From assembly GCF_009914755.1 (NCBI RefSeq), contig NC_060934.1: a stretch of DNA of 64,000 bases; one strand, written 5' to 3'. The first letter of the stretch is position 1, and each line of letters opens with the position of its first letter. The DNA comes from the human T2T-CHM13v2.0 reference genome, Homo sapiens. The notes below the pieces were generated by a model, which was not told the origin of the DNA, did no database searches, and saw only the letters and a list, made by a program, of their open reading frames with translations. This document shows positions 25,683 to 44,102 of the stretch, one piece after another. A program made the position numbers and the translations under genes.

Positions 25683-25713
25683 CTGCAAATGCAGAGAAAG
25701 ACAGGCATGGTCA
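25683..25713 (-). promoter_or_regulatory. GFRA1: 3' splice site: AG (25683-25684), polypyrimidine tract and candidate branch point
   Basis: Minus strand reads TGACCATGCCTGTCTTTCTCTGCATTTGCAG. The candidate branch A (in GTGAC) is at 25711, 29 nt upstream of the exon. Confidence 0.85.
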
Positions 25714-27018
25714 CAGTGCTCGGCTCTGTGTTCTCACCTACTCTGTTTTAATTGAGATCCTGCCATTTATCTGGCATTGCCAGCGGCTCTAGAACTTAAT
25801 GAGTTTTGAAGCTAATAACTTAATGACTTCATGACAAGAGAAAGTGCTAGGAGTACAAATACCAGGAGTCTACAGCAGCACAAAAGCCCCTAATATTCCC
25901 ACAGATGTAGAATTAGGAGGCGCTAGGTGAGGCCAAAACTCGGGCACCTGCCCCACTACATGCAAATGAGGCAACAGGAGAATAAGCTTCCAGCCCCTGG
26001 TTAGTAAACTGAAATTAGGATAAAAGAAAAAAACAACAAATTATATACTTGTTCATGATATGCTGAATGCAAGTATAATTGCCATACAATCCTCCAAGAA
26101 TGTAATTATGTAATAAATGCATATAGTACATGCTAATTACTATATGATTACACAGTAATTACATGGTTATTTGAGCCCAGAAGACAAAATATTATGCCAG
26201 ATTCTCTAAACAGGAAGAAGCCACCACAACGAAGCTGTATTTAAATTTTAGCTCGCAGGGCGTTGGAAGAAAACCAGGATAAATCACATAAAAATCTGCA
26301 AACCTCTCAATTACCACTTAACTCACCACAGACAACACGTGGGCTCCATGAGTACTGAGGTTCTAGATTAGAAAAATTCAGCTTGTATTTTGAATAGAAT
26401 TTCAATGGGCTCCAGGAAGCTCACAGAGCCTATGCTGCCTTCTGCCCAAGCCCTGTGCACTCATACCACCAGGGAAGCCAGTGCTGTCCACACTGCCTGC
26501 TCTGTGCTGTCCACACCGCCTGCCCTCTGCTGTCTGCAGCGAGAGCATGGTGGAGGCAGGGCCCACTCGGTGCCTGGGCAGGCAGGCCAAGGCCAAGCCC
26601 AACAGCAAGGTTAAAGGATGAATGGACAACAAGAATTCAGCCCTGTCCCCAATAGAGGGATGTTTCTGCAGGGAGAGGGAAGTGATGGAAAAAACCTTCC
26701 AGAAACAACATATAAGGTGGTCCATGGAGTAGTGATGATGAGGTGTAGTAGTGATTCTCTGGAGCGGGCAGGGAGGTGTTGGAAAAGCACTGCACAGCTG
26801 TGGGATGAGACACCCCGGCAAGTTCCTCCTCAGGCCTTAGCCCCTTCATGGATTCTATGACCTCCTTTCATTCTGCTTATGTGCCCCCAGTTGATAGGGA
26901 CCAGGAAGGCATTTAGGAAATGACAAAAGGCTAAAGAAGTGACAAGAGAGAAGGCACAGTTCGGTTAGGTAGGACTGAAAGATAGGGCAGTGCATTTGCT
27001 GCACATCTAAAGGGCACA

Positions 27019-27420
27019 TGGTATATTATTCAGCCTTAGAAAAAGAAGGAAATCCTACAATGCGTAACAACATGGATAAACCTCGAGGACATTATGCTAC
27101 GTGAAATAAACCAGTCACAGGAGGACAAATACTGCCTGATTCCACGTATAGGAGGAATCTAAAATAGTCAAACTCAAAAGAAGCAGAGAGTGGAATGATG
27201 GTTGCCAGGGACTGGAGAAGAAAATGAAAAAAAAAATGGGGAGTTGCTCTTCAAAGGGAATAAAGTTTGAGTCATGCAAGATGAATAAGTTCTAGAGATC
27301 TGCTCTATAACACTGTGCCGATTGTTATCAATATTCTATTGTACACTTAAAATTTTGTTAAGAGGGTAGATTGCATGCAAAATGTTCTTGCTACGATTAA
27401 AAATATTGTACATAAATAGA
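27019..27420 (+). mobile_element. L1MA/L1MB 3' end
   Basis: ACAACATGGATAAACCTCGAGGACATTATGCTA...GATGAATAAGTTCTAGAGATCTGCT; flanking AAAGGGCACA duplication. Confidence 0.88.
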
Positions 27421-28565
27421 CAAAGGGCACACAAAGCAAGTCCAACATTTTAGGAAAAGAAAAATTCTCCCTGTTCTACTGAAGATGCGTCTTGCTTTCA
27501 GAAAACCCATATGTAAATATCTGAAATCACACCATTATTCCCTGGCGCCATGAGTCATATTTTATTGTGCTCTAGGTTCATGTGTCTTCCTGTAACATCA
27601 GAGTCCAAGAAATTTGCTGTAGAAGGCAATAAGCAAGACAGGAGCCCTTCTTGGGTGTGGAGTACAGGAAGTTGGCAGCTGCACATCCATCCCGGCTTTA
27701 ACAAGCACACCTGGTACTGTTTCTCCATCTCGCTCTTTCTATGCCTGCTCCTCTCTAGCTCCTCTATTTCCACACTCAGGCTTCTCAGGACTCAGGAGTG
27801 AAATAGTCGCCATGTGCCCTGAAAGGGCCACCAGGGCCTCTGGGCCTTGGTGACACTTCTAGCCTTCTCCTCTTTTGAGACTTCTAATATTTTGCTATTG
27901 AGCCCAGGGCAGTGATTTATATTCTTGAAACTCAACAGTTCTCTAGATTTCTAAATTGTGCATTTTTGATGATAATCTAAAACAAATTAATATGACCATA
28001 TTCTGGATCAGACTTTTAAGGCTGGGTACTGGTACACAATTTCACTACCTACACTTAACATTTGTATTGATGTTGAATGGCACTTTATAATCTCTGGCTA
28101 AAAGGGAAAGAACAGAGACACAGAGCTAGATTAATACTTCAAGGAAGTGGTCAGTGAGATAAGAACAAACAGTTCAAATGGAGAAAAATGCCTGAAGAAT
28201 CGAGTCAATACATGGCACCCAGTAATACAGGCCTGCCAAACTCAAAAGGACCCATGGAGAAGCCGAGCACTACATTCAGACTGTAAGCACCAATTTAGTT
28301 TCAGCAAAATAATATTATCTCTTACACTCAATTAATGTTATTAGCCTGCATTTCATTGTTTTCAAAGTTCTGTTTGTATTTATGTGTGTTGTTTTCATAG
28401 TTGTGTAAAAGCCAAGAATAAGAGCTTACAGTTTTATGTTTATAAGTTTCAAATAACATCATAATAAAAATAACGAAAGTCAACACGTAACATCTAGGAA
28501 ATTTATTTTTCTCTGTAAGGAGTCCACAAGCTTATACACAGGCTTAAAAAAAAATTGGCCTAGTG

Positions 28566-28891
<326 letters not shown>

Positions 28892-29279
28892 TTATAATAA
28901 TACCTTTTTAAAGTTGTTAAAACTACATATGCTGTTAAGGTTTTCCTCTTAATGTTATTAGAAAAGCAATATTTTTTTAAAAAGGCTTTGTACAAAGTTG
29001 GAACAGGGTGAATCATTTTATGTCTAAATCAATTGCTCAAAGTTTACTTCATATAGCAGTAGGTGTGATTTAGCCTCACTTTCTACTGATTCTATTTTCA
29101 TCTATATATAACTCTTGCCAGAGCACCATCTCCTTACATTATTTCAGAGCCTGTGACAAATTCTAGAATGCGCAACCTGGAATATTCAAAGGGGAAAAAA
29201 CTATTAATTCATAGCTCACAGGTGAACATCTGACTTCCTTTTTATTTCAGATTCTCATTCACACAAAATATTTTTATAA

Positions 29280-32600
<3,321 letters not shown>

Positions 32601-33559
32601 GCCTACCTTATTATTACTCTTTTCAAAAAGTTTCACATGGGCAATTGCGCACGGCACATGGGAAATCACTCTTGGCCCCTCCCCTCCTTTCGCCCGCTAA
32701 CTTAGTCCCTCACAAATCCACCTCCAGCTCTCTCCGGGGCCCTGATGCTGCGGATCCTACTGCAATGAAGTTAAAAATAAACACTGCTGAAATCACAGGA
32801 TATATAAATTAGGGTTGAGTTTTCACCCGGTAAGAAGATTGATCCTCTATATCTATTGAATGGATCCCCCAGTGCACGAAAATACTACCTCAATGACTTG
32901 AGGGCACAGGGAGGAGAGGGGAGAATGATTCAATTTACACCCTTGGAGTCAAAGCCAGCCCTCCATCAGCTCACACACCGCACGGAGGATCAGGAGCCCG
33001 CCTGTGTTTTACGGTCTGGGCACAAGCGCCTTCTCGCCTGCGTGGGAAGGCTTCTGAACAGCTTTACTATAACTCTAACTGCCATCCTCTCCACAGCTCA
33101 TTTTAGAGCTCAGCATTAAAATGTTGCTTTCCCCCCTCCCCTCCCCCTCTAATCTCTCCCTCCATCTGCTGTTATTCATTCTTTAACTTGGTAGAATGTC
33201 TGGGACGCTGTCTGAATGGGAAGTATTCTCAGAATGAACGTTGTTTACTAGAAATCCTTTTTTCTTGGGGGAGTGCATATGCGAGTGGGTTGTGCTCAGC
33301 TAATGTGCTCCTCTCCAGCCTCGGCTCTGTATTACCGAGAATGCCATTTAACCAGATTTTCACTTCAAATTCCACACAGCCATGTTGTCACTTTGCAGGT
33401 TACGTATTGCTTTCTTTACCATCATTCTAAGCCTCTCTGGCTGTGATCACATCTGGTGGTGACTTGTTTCTTGTTTTCTTGGCCATGGGAGGTATAACAT
33501 TCATGGCAACCGAGGGTGAGATCCCAAAACCTAGGACAAAAAGGGTCAGGTGCTGCTGA

Positions 33560-33720
33560 AGGAGCCATGGATTAGGAGTGAGGAGCATCTGGGTTTTAAA
33601 TGTGGTCCAATCATCTGAGCGTTTTCATACAAGTCAGCTTTCCCCCCATGGGCATCAGTTTCCCTATTTGTGAGATGATATATCTAAGGTCCCTTCAAGC
33701 CTTAAGGCTCTTTGATTTGA
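33560..33720 (+). mobile_element. MIR fragment
   Basis: GGGCATCAGTTTCCCTATTTGTGAGATG...CTAAGGTCCCTTC. Confidence 0.6.
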
Positions 33721-36700
33721 TGGTTCTAATGTAATCTGCCTTTTCTGACTATAACGTCAAATATTTAGAATAAAATGTGGTGATGAGGGACAGAATGTAA
33801 AACCCCAGCCAGAGGGTCTATGCACTTGGAGGCGCTGGCCTCTCCGCAGTCTGCGGCTCCAAAGGAGTACATGGACCAATGATTTCAGCCCTGACCTGCA
33901 GGCAGAGCAAATGTAAAAGGTCCCTCCAACACAGCGAGATGTGGAAGTGTCAGGGATGAATTATGTCATGGGAGAAGCTTTCATATTCTAAATTCCTCTG
34001 GAGCAAGGAACTGCCTTTATCTCAAATACAATCCTCACACTGTCCCAAGTAAGAGGCTATCACTGTGGCCAGCAGCCCTGATTATTTACACTTAGAAAAT
34101 GCCACCGTTATTGGCAAACACCAGGGCCAGCTAACCAGTTGAAACGATTCAGGATGAAACACAGATGCAAGCAACTAGAAATCTATTTCTATGGATTATG
34201 AGGTAGAATAAAACAGTAAATATATTAAAATCTGCATGGCCTGCAAGAGATATGATTTACGAAGCAAAAATTCACAAGACAATAAAAGAACGTTTGTTTG
34301 CACATGCTTGCCAATTTCTGGGTATCTTTCTGCCTTTCTTTTTAAGGCTGCAGAATTGAATTCACAACTTGTTTCCTCTTTTTCTTTCTGACTTGATTAA
34401 TTACTATGTTAATATAACTACTGTTCTTCTTCTAATAGGCTCCCTCTAATGTGTTTTCCCAGAAAATTAAAAAATGGGTAAAAGATGCCAAATCTTCACA
34501 GGTGTAGGCAAACTTTTCTGCAAGCTCACAGTGACAGTCTGGGCTTCTGATATCCACACGGATCGTATGGCAAATTTGATCATACAGGTTGTGACCCTTG
34601 TAACTGATCCTTCAAGAGCTTGGCTTTTTCCAGCTAGGGTGCTAAAAATTACATTTAAAAAGCACATGTTGGCTGTTTGGAACCCATTTTGTCATTCGTA
34701 CACTGTTTCAGACATATTGTATTACATGATGATGAAATTCCTCCTAGTTCTGTTTTTTCATACCTTACACAACTACATTAAGCTGCAAGCCATACCCAAG
34801 TTTTCTCTGGGGCTCACAGTGACTGAATTATTTTGAATACCTGTAAGTTTGGAAATAATTCTTTGGTCTGGTAAAGACAGTTCCCCTTGTTAACCACAAG
34901 TCATGGGCTAGCCTTATCCATTAGCGCTTCCATTTCCTTAACGCACATTCTGTCGCTTGCCTGCACCCTCTGCTGTGCAAACCTTAAAAAATTGGATATC
35001 TCCTGTAAGTGGTGTGCAAGTCACATGCTTGCTGCTGCGCAATGATTAATAGTGCTGTCCCAGAAAATGGGATCATTACATTTTTAATTAACCTTTCCAA
35101 CCTCCTCCACCTTTTCCTTTTGTTATACATTGGATCTCTGAAGTTTTCTACTTGTTTGTGTTCAACTAGCTTTGAAACAAAGGCATGAAAAATGGTTGCA
35201 GGTGATACAGGAGTTGATGCTTCAGGTGAGGCGCCTGGTAAGGTGTAGTGCCTCATTGTACATCAGATGGAGGGACAGGCATTTGGAACTTGGTGGCTGG
35301 GTTCCCACCTAATTTTTGTTTTGGCAGCTTAGCGTTATTTAATGGCCTTGGCTACCAGGAAACTGGCTTTTTAAAATCTCTTTCAACCTAATTATAATTA
35401 CGGTGTATAAATCATACAATGATCAACTATAAAAATCTCGGGTTCATAAATATTTAACTTAGCATTTAAATCCACACTGCAGGAGTGCATGAAATTTCTC
35501 AGCCTGTCTCTTCGCAAACAACTGCTTTATTACAGTTCCATTGCCAATTACTGAAAACCGAATCAAGTTTGTCTTACCACACACTCAGGCACATATTTGA
35601 GCATAATGCCTTTCTGTGTATTAAGATGGCACAATTTAGTTATTTCTAAAATATGCATGTCTCCCATTAAAAAGATATTTGCAAAGACTTCTATCGCCAT
35701 CTTTTAATTCCTCAAGTATAGAGAGGCACAATTATAATATTAGACATAAAAACACTCATTAAAATATATTTTATCTAATGTAAGATTGATTCCAAGATAA
35801 TTGAGGTCAGATTTGTTTGGAAAATGTATTGTGACATGTGCAAATGGTGATGCAAAGAGGAAATGATCTTCTAGGAGGACTCAAGCAAAACAGCTAAATA
35901 TTTTTCAGCAAAATCATAAAACCATAATTGGATTTCAATTTAGTAATAGTCAGTCTAAGACAGGCCATTTTTAATAATCTAATTATGTGTTCAGGGCCTA
36001 CCCAGAACTCTACAACGGCTACAGAACTATTAATTGTACTCAATCCTGTTGCATCTTCAACCATGAAATTTGCTATTACATGTAGTACTGGCTCTCAGTT
36101 ATGGATACTTTTTTTCCCCCCAATCTCAGATAATCTTTATAACATCCCAAAATGCCTATTTGTTTAATTTTCTAAAAGTGAAATCTTTTAATGACTTTCT
36201 CTGGACCAGAAAAAATATCTCAGATTTGTGGTCCTTCTACAGACAAAATTCACAATGAGATCTACAAACATTTCCCGTTTTTATGAAGGCACAGAGAGCA
36301 GCCCTTGCTTTTGTCTGATTTTCATTAATTAAAGGTATTTAATTGCTAACATCTCATTAGCAGTAAAATTAATGAGCACTTCAACTACAGGAAAAGATCT
36401 GCATGATAATATAAACCTAATTCATTTTATGGGGTACAAACTGTAGCTCCACTAATATTTAGCCTGTGCGAGCTCCACTGATATTTAGCTATTTCAACAG
36501 TAAAAGGCTAAACATGTCTTTAAAACCGACGCTGCTTCTCCCCAGAGAAAACAACAAATGTGAGCCAGCCGAGTAACAAAGAATCCAAAACCCCCCTCTT
36601 CCCCCTCCACTTTGCACCAGTGTATTGCCATGGAGAAGACTAATTGGAAGAGAAATATGGAGTGATTTGTTTTTAACAATTTTCTAAGTTGCTATTAAAT

Positions 36701-37799
36701 AAAAAGGTATCCTTAAAATAATGTGTATGCACTTGTCAACTAGCATACCCAGCTTTCAGATTATCTCTGTGTGTGCCGTGCTGAGTAGCTAGTCAACACT
36801 TGTCCCAAAGAGGCTGCCAGTGCTTGGGACATTTCACGGAACTCTTTCCTGGAAGCCTGAGGCATGTGTTCTTTGGAATCCCTGAGCAACATCCAGTCCC
36901 CTGCATTGAGGATGGGACTTTAAAAGCCAAATATCCTTTAGCACTAAGTGTGATGAATAAAGGAGGCCATGATGTTGGACAATGCTCAGGAGTAGAAAAT
37001 AAGGAATGAATATATGTAAGGATTTTTTCCTGTGGGTGACTGAGACGTCAGCTCTGAAAATAATCATTGGCTTTCCCAAAAAGCCATTGCTCCAAAGATG
37101 GTCCAGGAATAAGTGTTTCGCTTCTCAAGGTGACTACTTTGAAGGAGAATATTCATTTGAATGTATGTGTTCTTCGTAGGCTCATTATCCATAGTCACAC
37201 GGTACATTTGCTCTGTTCCTCCCAACAGCTAGAGCAAAAAGATGCCACCAGAAGGCAGGCTACAGGTCCGAATGTCACTTCTACTACACAATCTACAAAC
37301 ATTGTTCTGGCCTCGGTATGCATAGAGAGAAGGAAAAGCATACATTCTAAAGCCAAAGAATCAGCTGAAACAATGAAAAATGAAGAGGCTGAAGATCCTA
37401 TTAAGTAGCCTAGATGATGCTGAGATAATAATGAATCATTGATGATGTCGGCGGTTGTCAGGGCCCTCACAGTGCGGATTTCAGCAAAGATAAGCTAAAT
37501 ATCAGGTCTTTATTTTTAGTTAAAGAGCATAAAATTCAATGTCTTTCCTCCCACGAGCCTATTTACATACCTGCTGTGCTACCTATTTGCCTTCACCTGC
37601 TTCCCAATTAATACCCCATTAAGCCACTCCACCTGCAGTGGCTTTTACCGTCACCACAGCCCTGCAACCATCACTCATCTGCTACAGCTCAATTGTTTCT
37701 TCTGGAAAGATAAACAAAAGCTGCATGAATAATAATTGCAGCGCTTCACATTTACAGGGTTCTTAAAAGACAGTAGCCAAAAGCTTGGCCAGTTTGTGA

Positions 37800-38212
<413 letters not shown>

Positions 38213-39285
38213 TGTATGTATTTTTTAATGGTGTTTTGCTTCATTCATGGAGGTGCTTCCTGTCCCATTGGGTTAATAAAACTTTGCTTGGTTAAGGGCT
38301 TTTTGGTCACCTACTAGTACATTATTTCTCGTTCATGGAAACAGGTTTTAAGTGTTCCAAAACCAAAATTTGGTTCCTTCAGTGACCAAGCCTGGCCACC
38401 ATCTGAAAATGTGTATTTTTACACAACTTCCAGGCACTTCCAATGATCAGACTTGGAATTCGCTGACTTTCTGTAGGTTAAACCTTTTTTTTATGCCCAC
38501 CTGCACTCTTCCTTATTTTCCTACTAAATCCTGGCTTTCTATTTGATTTTCAGGAATGTGGTCCTTAAGAGCTGCCTGCTAGTGGACAGTATATTCCGTC
38601 CTCATTCCATGAAGATCTTGTTGACAGGAAGGTTTTCTTTGCCCATGTTTCACGTGTGACTTCATAATTAAGGCTAGACTAGATTTACCAGGGGGCCCTA
38701 GAACACATACTTCCAAGGTAGATTAAAACAAAGCAAGATGGTAGGAACCCCCCCCCGACCCACCCAACACACACCTTCACAACTGCCCCACCAACCCACC
38801 ATGGTCTCTCATGAGCTTGAGACAAAGGAAGAACAAAAGAACTGACGGCTCAGCTGCATGCCTCAGTGAGCCTTCATGTTTTATTTTAATGGAGTGTTGG
38901 TGAGTCTTCCTGTTCATTTTGTTTTGAGCTTTAAATTGGTTCCAATACATTCACATGCTTGCTCTTCAAGCCCTGGTATAACTCTTGTTAGATTCCCATT
39001 GGAAGGACGACACCAGTTAGCTGAAGAATGAAGTTTAAGCCTCAGAATTTTTACATTAAAATTCCTTAGTCAGGACCTCCATTGCATCTCTGCAGCTTAA
39101 TCTGCCACTCTGTCTCCCACAGGAATTGCGGAGTAAATTCAGCAGTATTCTCGTGGTGTTGGGCACCAAGCCACCTCTCCACAGGAGGTGCTCTTCCACC
39201 TGGCTCCTGTCCATCGACTGTGGCTGAGAGTTTGCTGAGGCAGGTAGAAGCAGGTGAGTAATCCAGCACTCTCAGGTTACTTCTA

Positions 39286-39339
39286 TAGGATGGTGCAAAA
39301 GTACTTGTGGTTTTTGCCATTACTTTTGCACCAACCTAA
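39286..39339. mobile_element. MADE1 mariner MITE, internally deleted
   Basis: TAGGATGGTGCAAAAGTA...TACTTTTGCACCAACCTAA inverted termini flanked by TA. Confidence 0.9.
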
Positions 39340-41606
39340 TAGAACGTGGCATTCCTGAGCTTTTCACACAAGCATGTTGGTTTTGGGGTTGTTGTGTCCC
39401 TGATTACATGAGCACTACATCAAATAAGATCCCAGGGCTAAATGAGAACAAGCCTAGCATCCAGAACTGACATTTCCACCTAGCTATTTGCTCAATAAAA
39501 AGTAGGTTTAGGTAAAATGCATGCATTCTACCAAGGACTCCAGGCTTCAAGTGTGCCTTTTCTAATAGAGATTTGGACTTGTACACTAGCTAGTTTTTGT
39601 GAGAAACGCTTGCTTGAATGGTTCCATTTAAGCATGTGTGAGGCTGAAGCTGAATGTGAGTGTTGGGGTCAAGATGATTCCCTCCGCTTTGTGCCTGGAG
39701 AGATCAGAATCACATTCAGCACAAGTGCCTGGGCTCAGTCCAGCTGCTAATGCTTCCTGCAGCACCCCGGGACATGCCAGAGGGCAAGGGTGCCCCTTTG
39801 GCTAGGGCATTCAGGGATGAGAGGAATGAGGACTACTGGCCTCAGAATGGCCAACCATGCTGCCCTTCAGTGGGGAAGCGATAGAGGGCTGACAGCAGCA
39901 GTGGATTCCTGCTCCATCGGAGCACAGCCTGGGTCCCTGCCCTTGCACTAAATGGATGAGGCTCTCTATTGCAGGAGGTCCCATTTTAAGACACACAAAG
40001 ACTTATAGGAAGCCAGATTTCTGTGATTTAGCATTCTCACCATGATATTGCCAACACAGATACTAATTAGCCTTTTACCCTTTGGCCTTCAAAAAATGAA
40101 TGATAAATGGGTCCTGAGAATTTCTCCTGGTGTGTCTAGAGCTGCCTCCAGTGCCAGGAAAGATTGGGCAATCTTCTTCCCATGGCATTAGCTAATGAAC
40201 TGACCCAAGAGAACCTAGAGAGTCCTAAGGTAGGAAATATGGTAGAATAGTTCCTAAGGTAGAAGTGTGAAGGTGGAAGAGGGGACTGGCTTGACTCAGG
40301 AAGGAAACCGGCATTTACAAGGACTATACTGAGCCTTCCGGGAAGTTCTTGAATAAAAACAAAATGGAAGTCCAGTGGCTTTTTGGTGGAGGGCAAGGCT
40401 TTCTCAGAGTTTCTGTTTGATCTATTATGTGAAACAGATGATCTCCAGTGGCAGATTTACGAGCTACTAGTTTAACAGAAAGGAAATCCATCCCTTAGAA
40501 TCTTCTGCAAGCCTTCAAGTACTGCACATGAGAAGTTCTATTTGATAGTATAAGTGGGACCATATTTAGTGATGTTTGGGGATTGAAATGGTAGTGGTTG
40601 AAGTGTATGCGGTTCAAAGATTTGGCTTAGAAATATATTTGTAAAAAAATTGAAAATTAAATGTGGCATTAGGAAAGACAGGTGAAATAGCATAATTTCA
40701 CAGAAAGCCAAAATTCTGGAAATCTAACATATACTCTGAAATTGGTAATTCATTTCTGGTATGAGGTCTGCATGTCAGAAAGAAAAAAAAAACAAATGTC
40801 TAAATCTATTTCTTGACACCAGCAAGTGGTCCTCTTTGTGTGCTAAAGACTTCTTTAAACTGTCAATAACTCAGGAGTGTTTCCGCATTTGAGAGAGAAT
40901 AGAAAGGAAATTATAAATGTGATTACAAGCCCTACATGGTCTTCTAAGGAAAGGAATCACAATCACCTGCTGAAGCTGAACACTGCAGAGGGGGAAAAGA
41001 TATCTACAGGAGATTAGTGTGTCAGTAAATGCATAAAGTTCAGAAGTCCCACATATTTGACATTTGAAGAACAAAGCTATGCATCAATGTCCTGGCACAG
41101 ATCGATCAAACAGAATGCTACTGCTGAAAACCTAATAGTATGATGGTAATAATGTAGCCATAAAACCTCTAGTCTATAACTGACTGCTTCCACTTGAAGC
41201 TAACATGTCTAAAACAGTGACTAATGTTCACGTAAAGATTTCACTTGTGTTGAATGACAGTTACACCTCACACGATTCAGTAAATGGCTTGTGCTGGATA
41301 ATGGCCCAGGGACAGACACCAAGGTGGAGAGGGAGAGTATATCCCAAAATGAACAATGCAGGTACGTGATGTTTAAATGTGGGTCTCGGGTATGTTTCTT
41401 CTTGGCCACCTCCTTTAGATGTGATGAGGCTGCCACTTTCTGACAAAGTAACTCAATTAGAAATGTAAGAGGCTGCAAAGTCCAGTACCATTATAGCAAG
41501 CTCCTCAGGGCATCCAGGTCTTAGTTGCGAGCTTTGTTTAGTGAGCCTAGTACTATTAATCACATTCCTGTACCTTGAGAGTATATGCTCTGCCTCCTGG
41601 CAATGA

Positions 41607-42031
<425 letters not shown>

Positions 42032-44102
42032 TAGGTGCCAGGCTGGTAAATAAGTTGGTTAGGCAGATCTTCTTAGACAAGAGATGTGTAGCTGGGCTGT
42101 TAGCAGTGAGAATTGAAGTTTGAAAGGAAAGCTTATTGCTGTTGCTAGATGACCAAACAAAAGATTACTTACCTCTTGGCACAAATTCAGAGCTTTCCAT
42201 TAGTACGAATGGTTGCTGAATGGACGTGGACCAAGCAGTGCGATTATTCATTGTGGGCATTTGTCACAAGTACATTGATCAACAATGCCCCGCCATGCAG
42301 CAGGAGGGAAAAGTGGTTGTGTTTGTTATACACATCTCGGTATTTTGGTGTGTTGTGTTTTAATCTCAAAGGAGGTTTTGCCTGCAGTCCTTGAAAGCCA
42401 CTTCCACTCTGGTCATGTTTAATTCCAAAATATGAGAATTCTCATTTCCCCTTCAACAAATAGGAGAAAAGCCCTGTGCATCTTTCAGTTCACAGTCCTG
42501 AGTTGAAGCCCTTTTATAAGTTGGATTCAAGTAAAATAAAGTCATCTGTGGATTTCATTTTCACAAAAATCCCCAAGACCTTTCCGTGCTCCAAAATGTT
42601 ATTTGCAAATTTCAGCGTTTCGGTTAGCCAGTAATTGTTTATTACCAAAAGTAGAAATGTGTCCCCACACTGTAAGGTTCATTGTAACTAAAAATTTGAA
42701 TTAATATGTCTGGTAGCTTCTAATGGACTTTGCGTGTACATCAGATTGCTTTGTGCCCTTTGATATATACTTAAAGGTAATTGGGTAGTCTAACTGATGT
42801 ATTTTTAAAGAGCAAACTATTGATTAATAATGTTTCAGTATTAATATAACCACTTTGTGTGGATCAAGAAACATCAACAGTAGAAAACCCATATTTATCT
42901 ACAAATTAACAACTCTATATAGATCTGTTACTTTAAGCTAAATGAGGTGCATCCACTCATTACATTCCAACAGGGACTAGACTCCTCATAATAAAGATTA
43001 AAGCTGAAATTGGCCTTATTTTTCCACTGCATGAAATGAATGCTATTCACGACTTCCTGCCCTATTGCAGCTGAAGAATAGTTGCAGTAAAGCACAGGTC
43101 CACTTCCCACTCTGACGGGCCAGTATTTTTAATGCTTTACTTGATGAAAACACTCCATATTTGGGGAGCTTTAATTGCTGCCAGTGCTGAACAGAATGAA
43201 ATAAGAAATGATTGTGCCATACAGGATGGAGGTGGGGACGATCCCAGCTTTGTCCCTACTTAAAACCAGTTGTACGGTTCATATACTCCAAGTGTATATT
43301 CATTCAAATTGAATTACTACAAAGAGGGAAAGCTGGAGTATTTCAGAGACTTGTGATGAACCATTTCCTGAGGCTGGGTTTTAGGATACTGGGCAGAGCA
43401 CTTCTCAAACAAACTGGAACTGTCAGTTCAATTTTTTTTTAATTAAAAAAAAAAAAAGGACCTAGAAGGCTTGAAGACTCTACTACAGAGGTGGTTGGTT
43501 TAAATAAAATTCCTTAGTTGTCTTTAGTATAGGATGACAGATACCCTAACCTCCAGGCAGTCTGTGTAAACAACTGTCTGAGTGCCCAAGACAATCTACA
43601 AACAGCAGCAATGGCAGTTGCCCAAGCCAAATTTCTGAAAGGGTCACTTTGCTCTGAGCCGATGACAAAATATCCATACGTTGCAACTGCTACCTGAATG
43701 TTATTTAGATTTATGGAGAGAGAAAAAGATACCAGCTGGCAGGGTTCCTTGTCCTAGTTTCATTCATTCTCTCTCTCTCTCTCTCTCCCATGCAATGAAC
43801 ATGGCGAATTTAACTCTAACTCTCTAACAAGCTGGAAGAGCCACAGATGGGAAATTAACATACAGAGAACTAAGAAATTTGCAGGAGGTCACATCATGAA
43901 ATTATCAGTGACCTTAGAAGGGGGCTGTAATATAAGGCTCAAGTATCCTGGTCCTAGGCCAATGTTCTCTCCACTCTAATGTGTTATGACCTGCAAGTGT
44001 TGACGGCTTTGCTAAAAGAGGTGTGCTGGCCTAAATGTTCTTTGTCACTGCTCGGTTTGGTAGAACATCTGAATAGAGGCTCTGAATGACATCCCATTAA
44101 AC

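Noticed and set aside
25275-25792. Several overlapping ORFs (105, 101, 97, 86, 66 aa) around the exon
   Set aside because: They are shadow frames of a GC-rich coding exon, and only the GFRA1 frame has matching splice sites and a recognisable protein.
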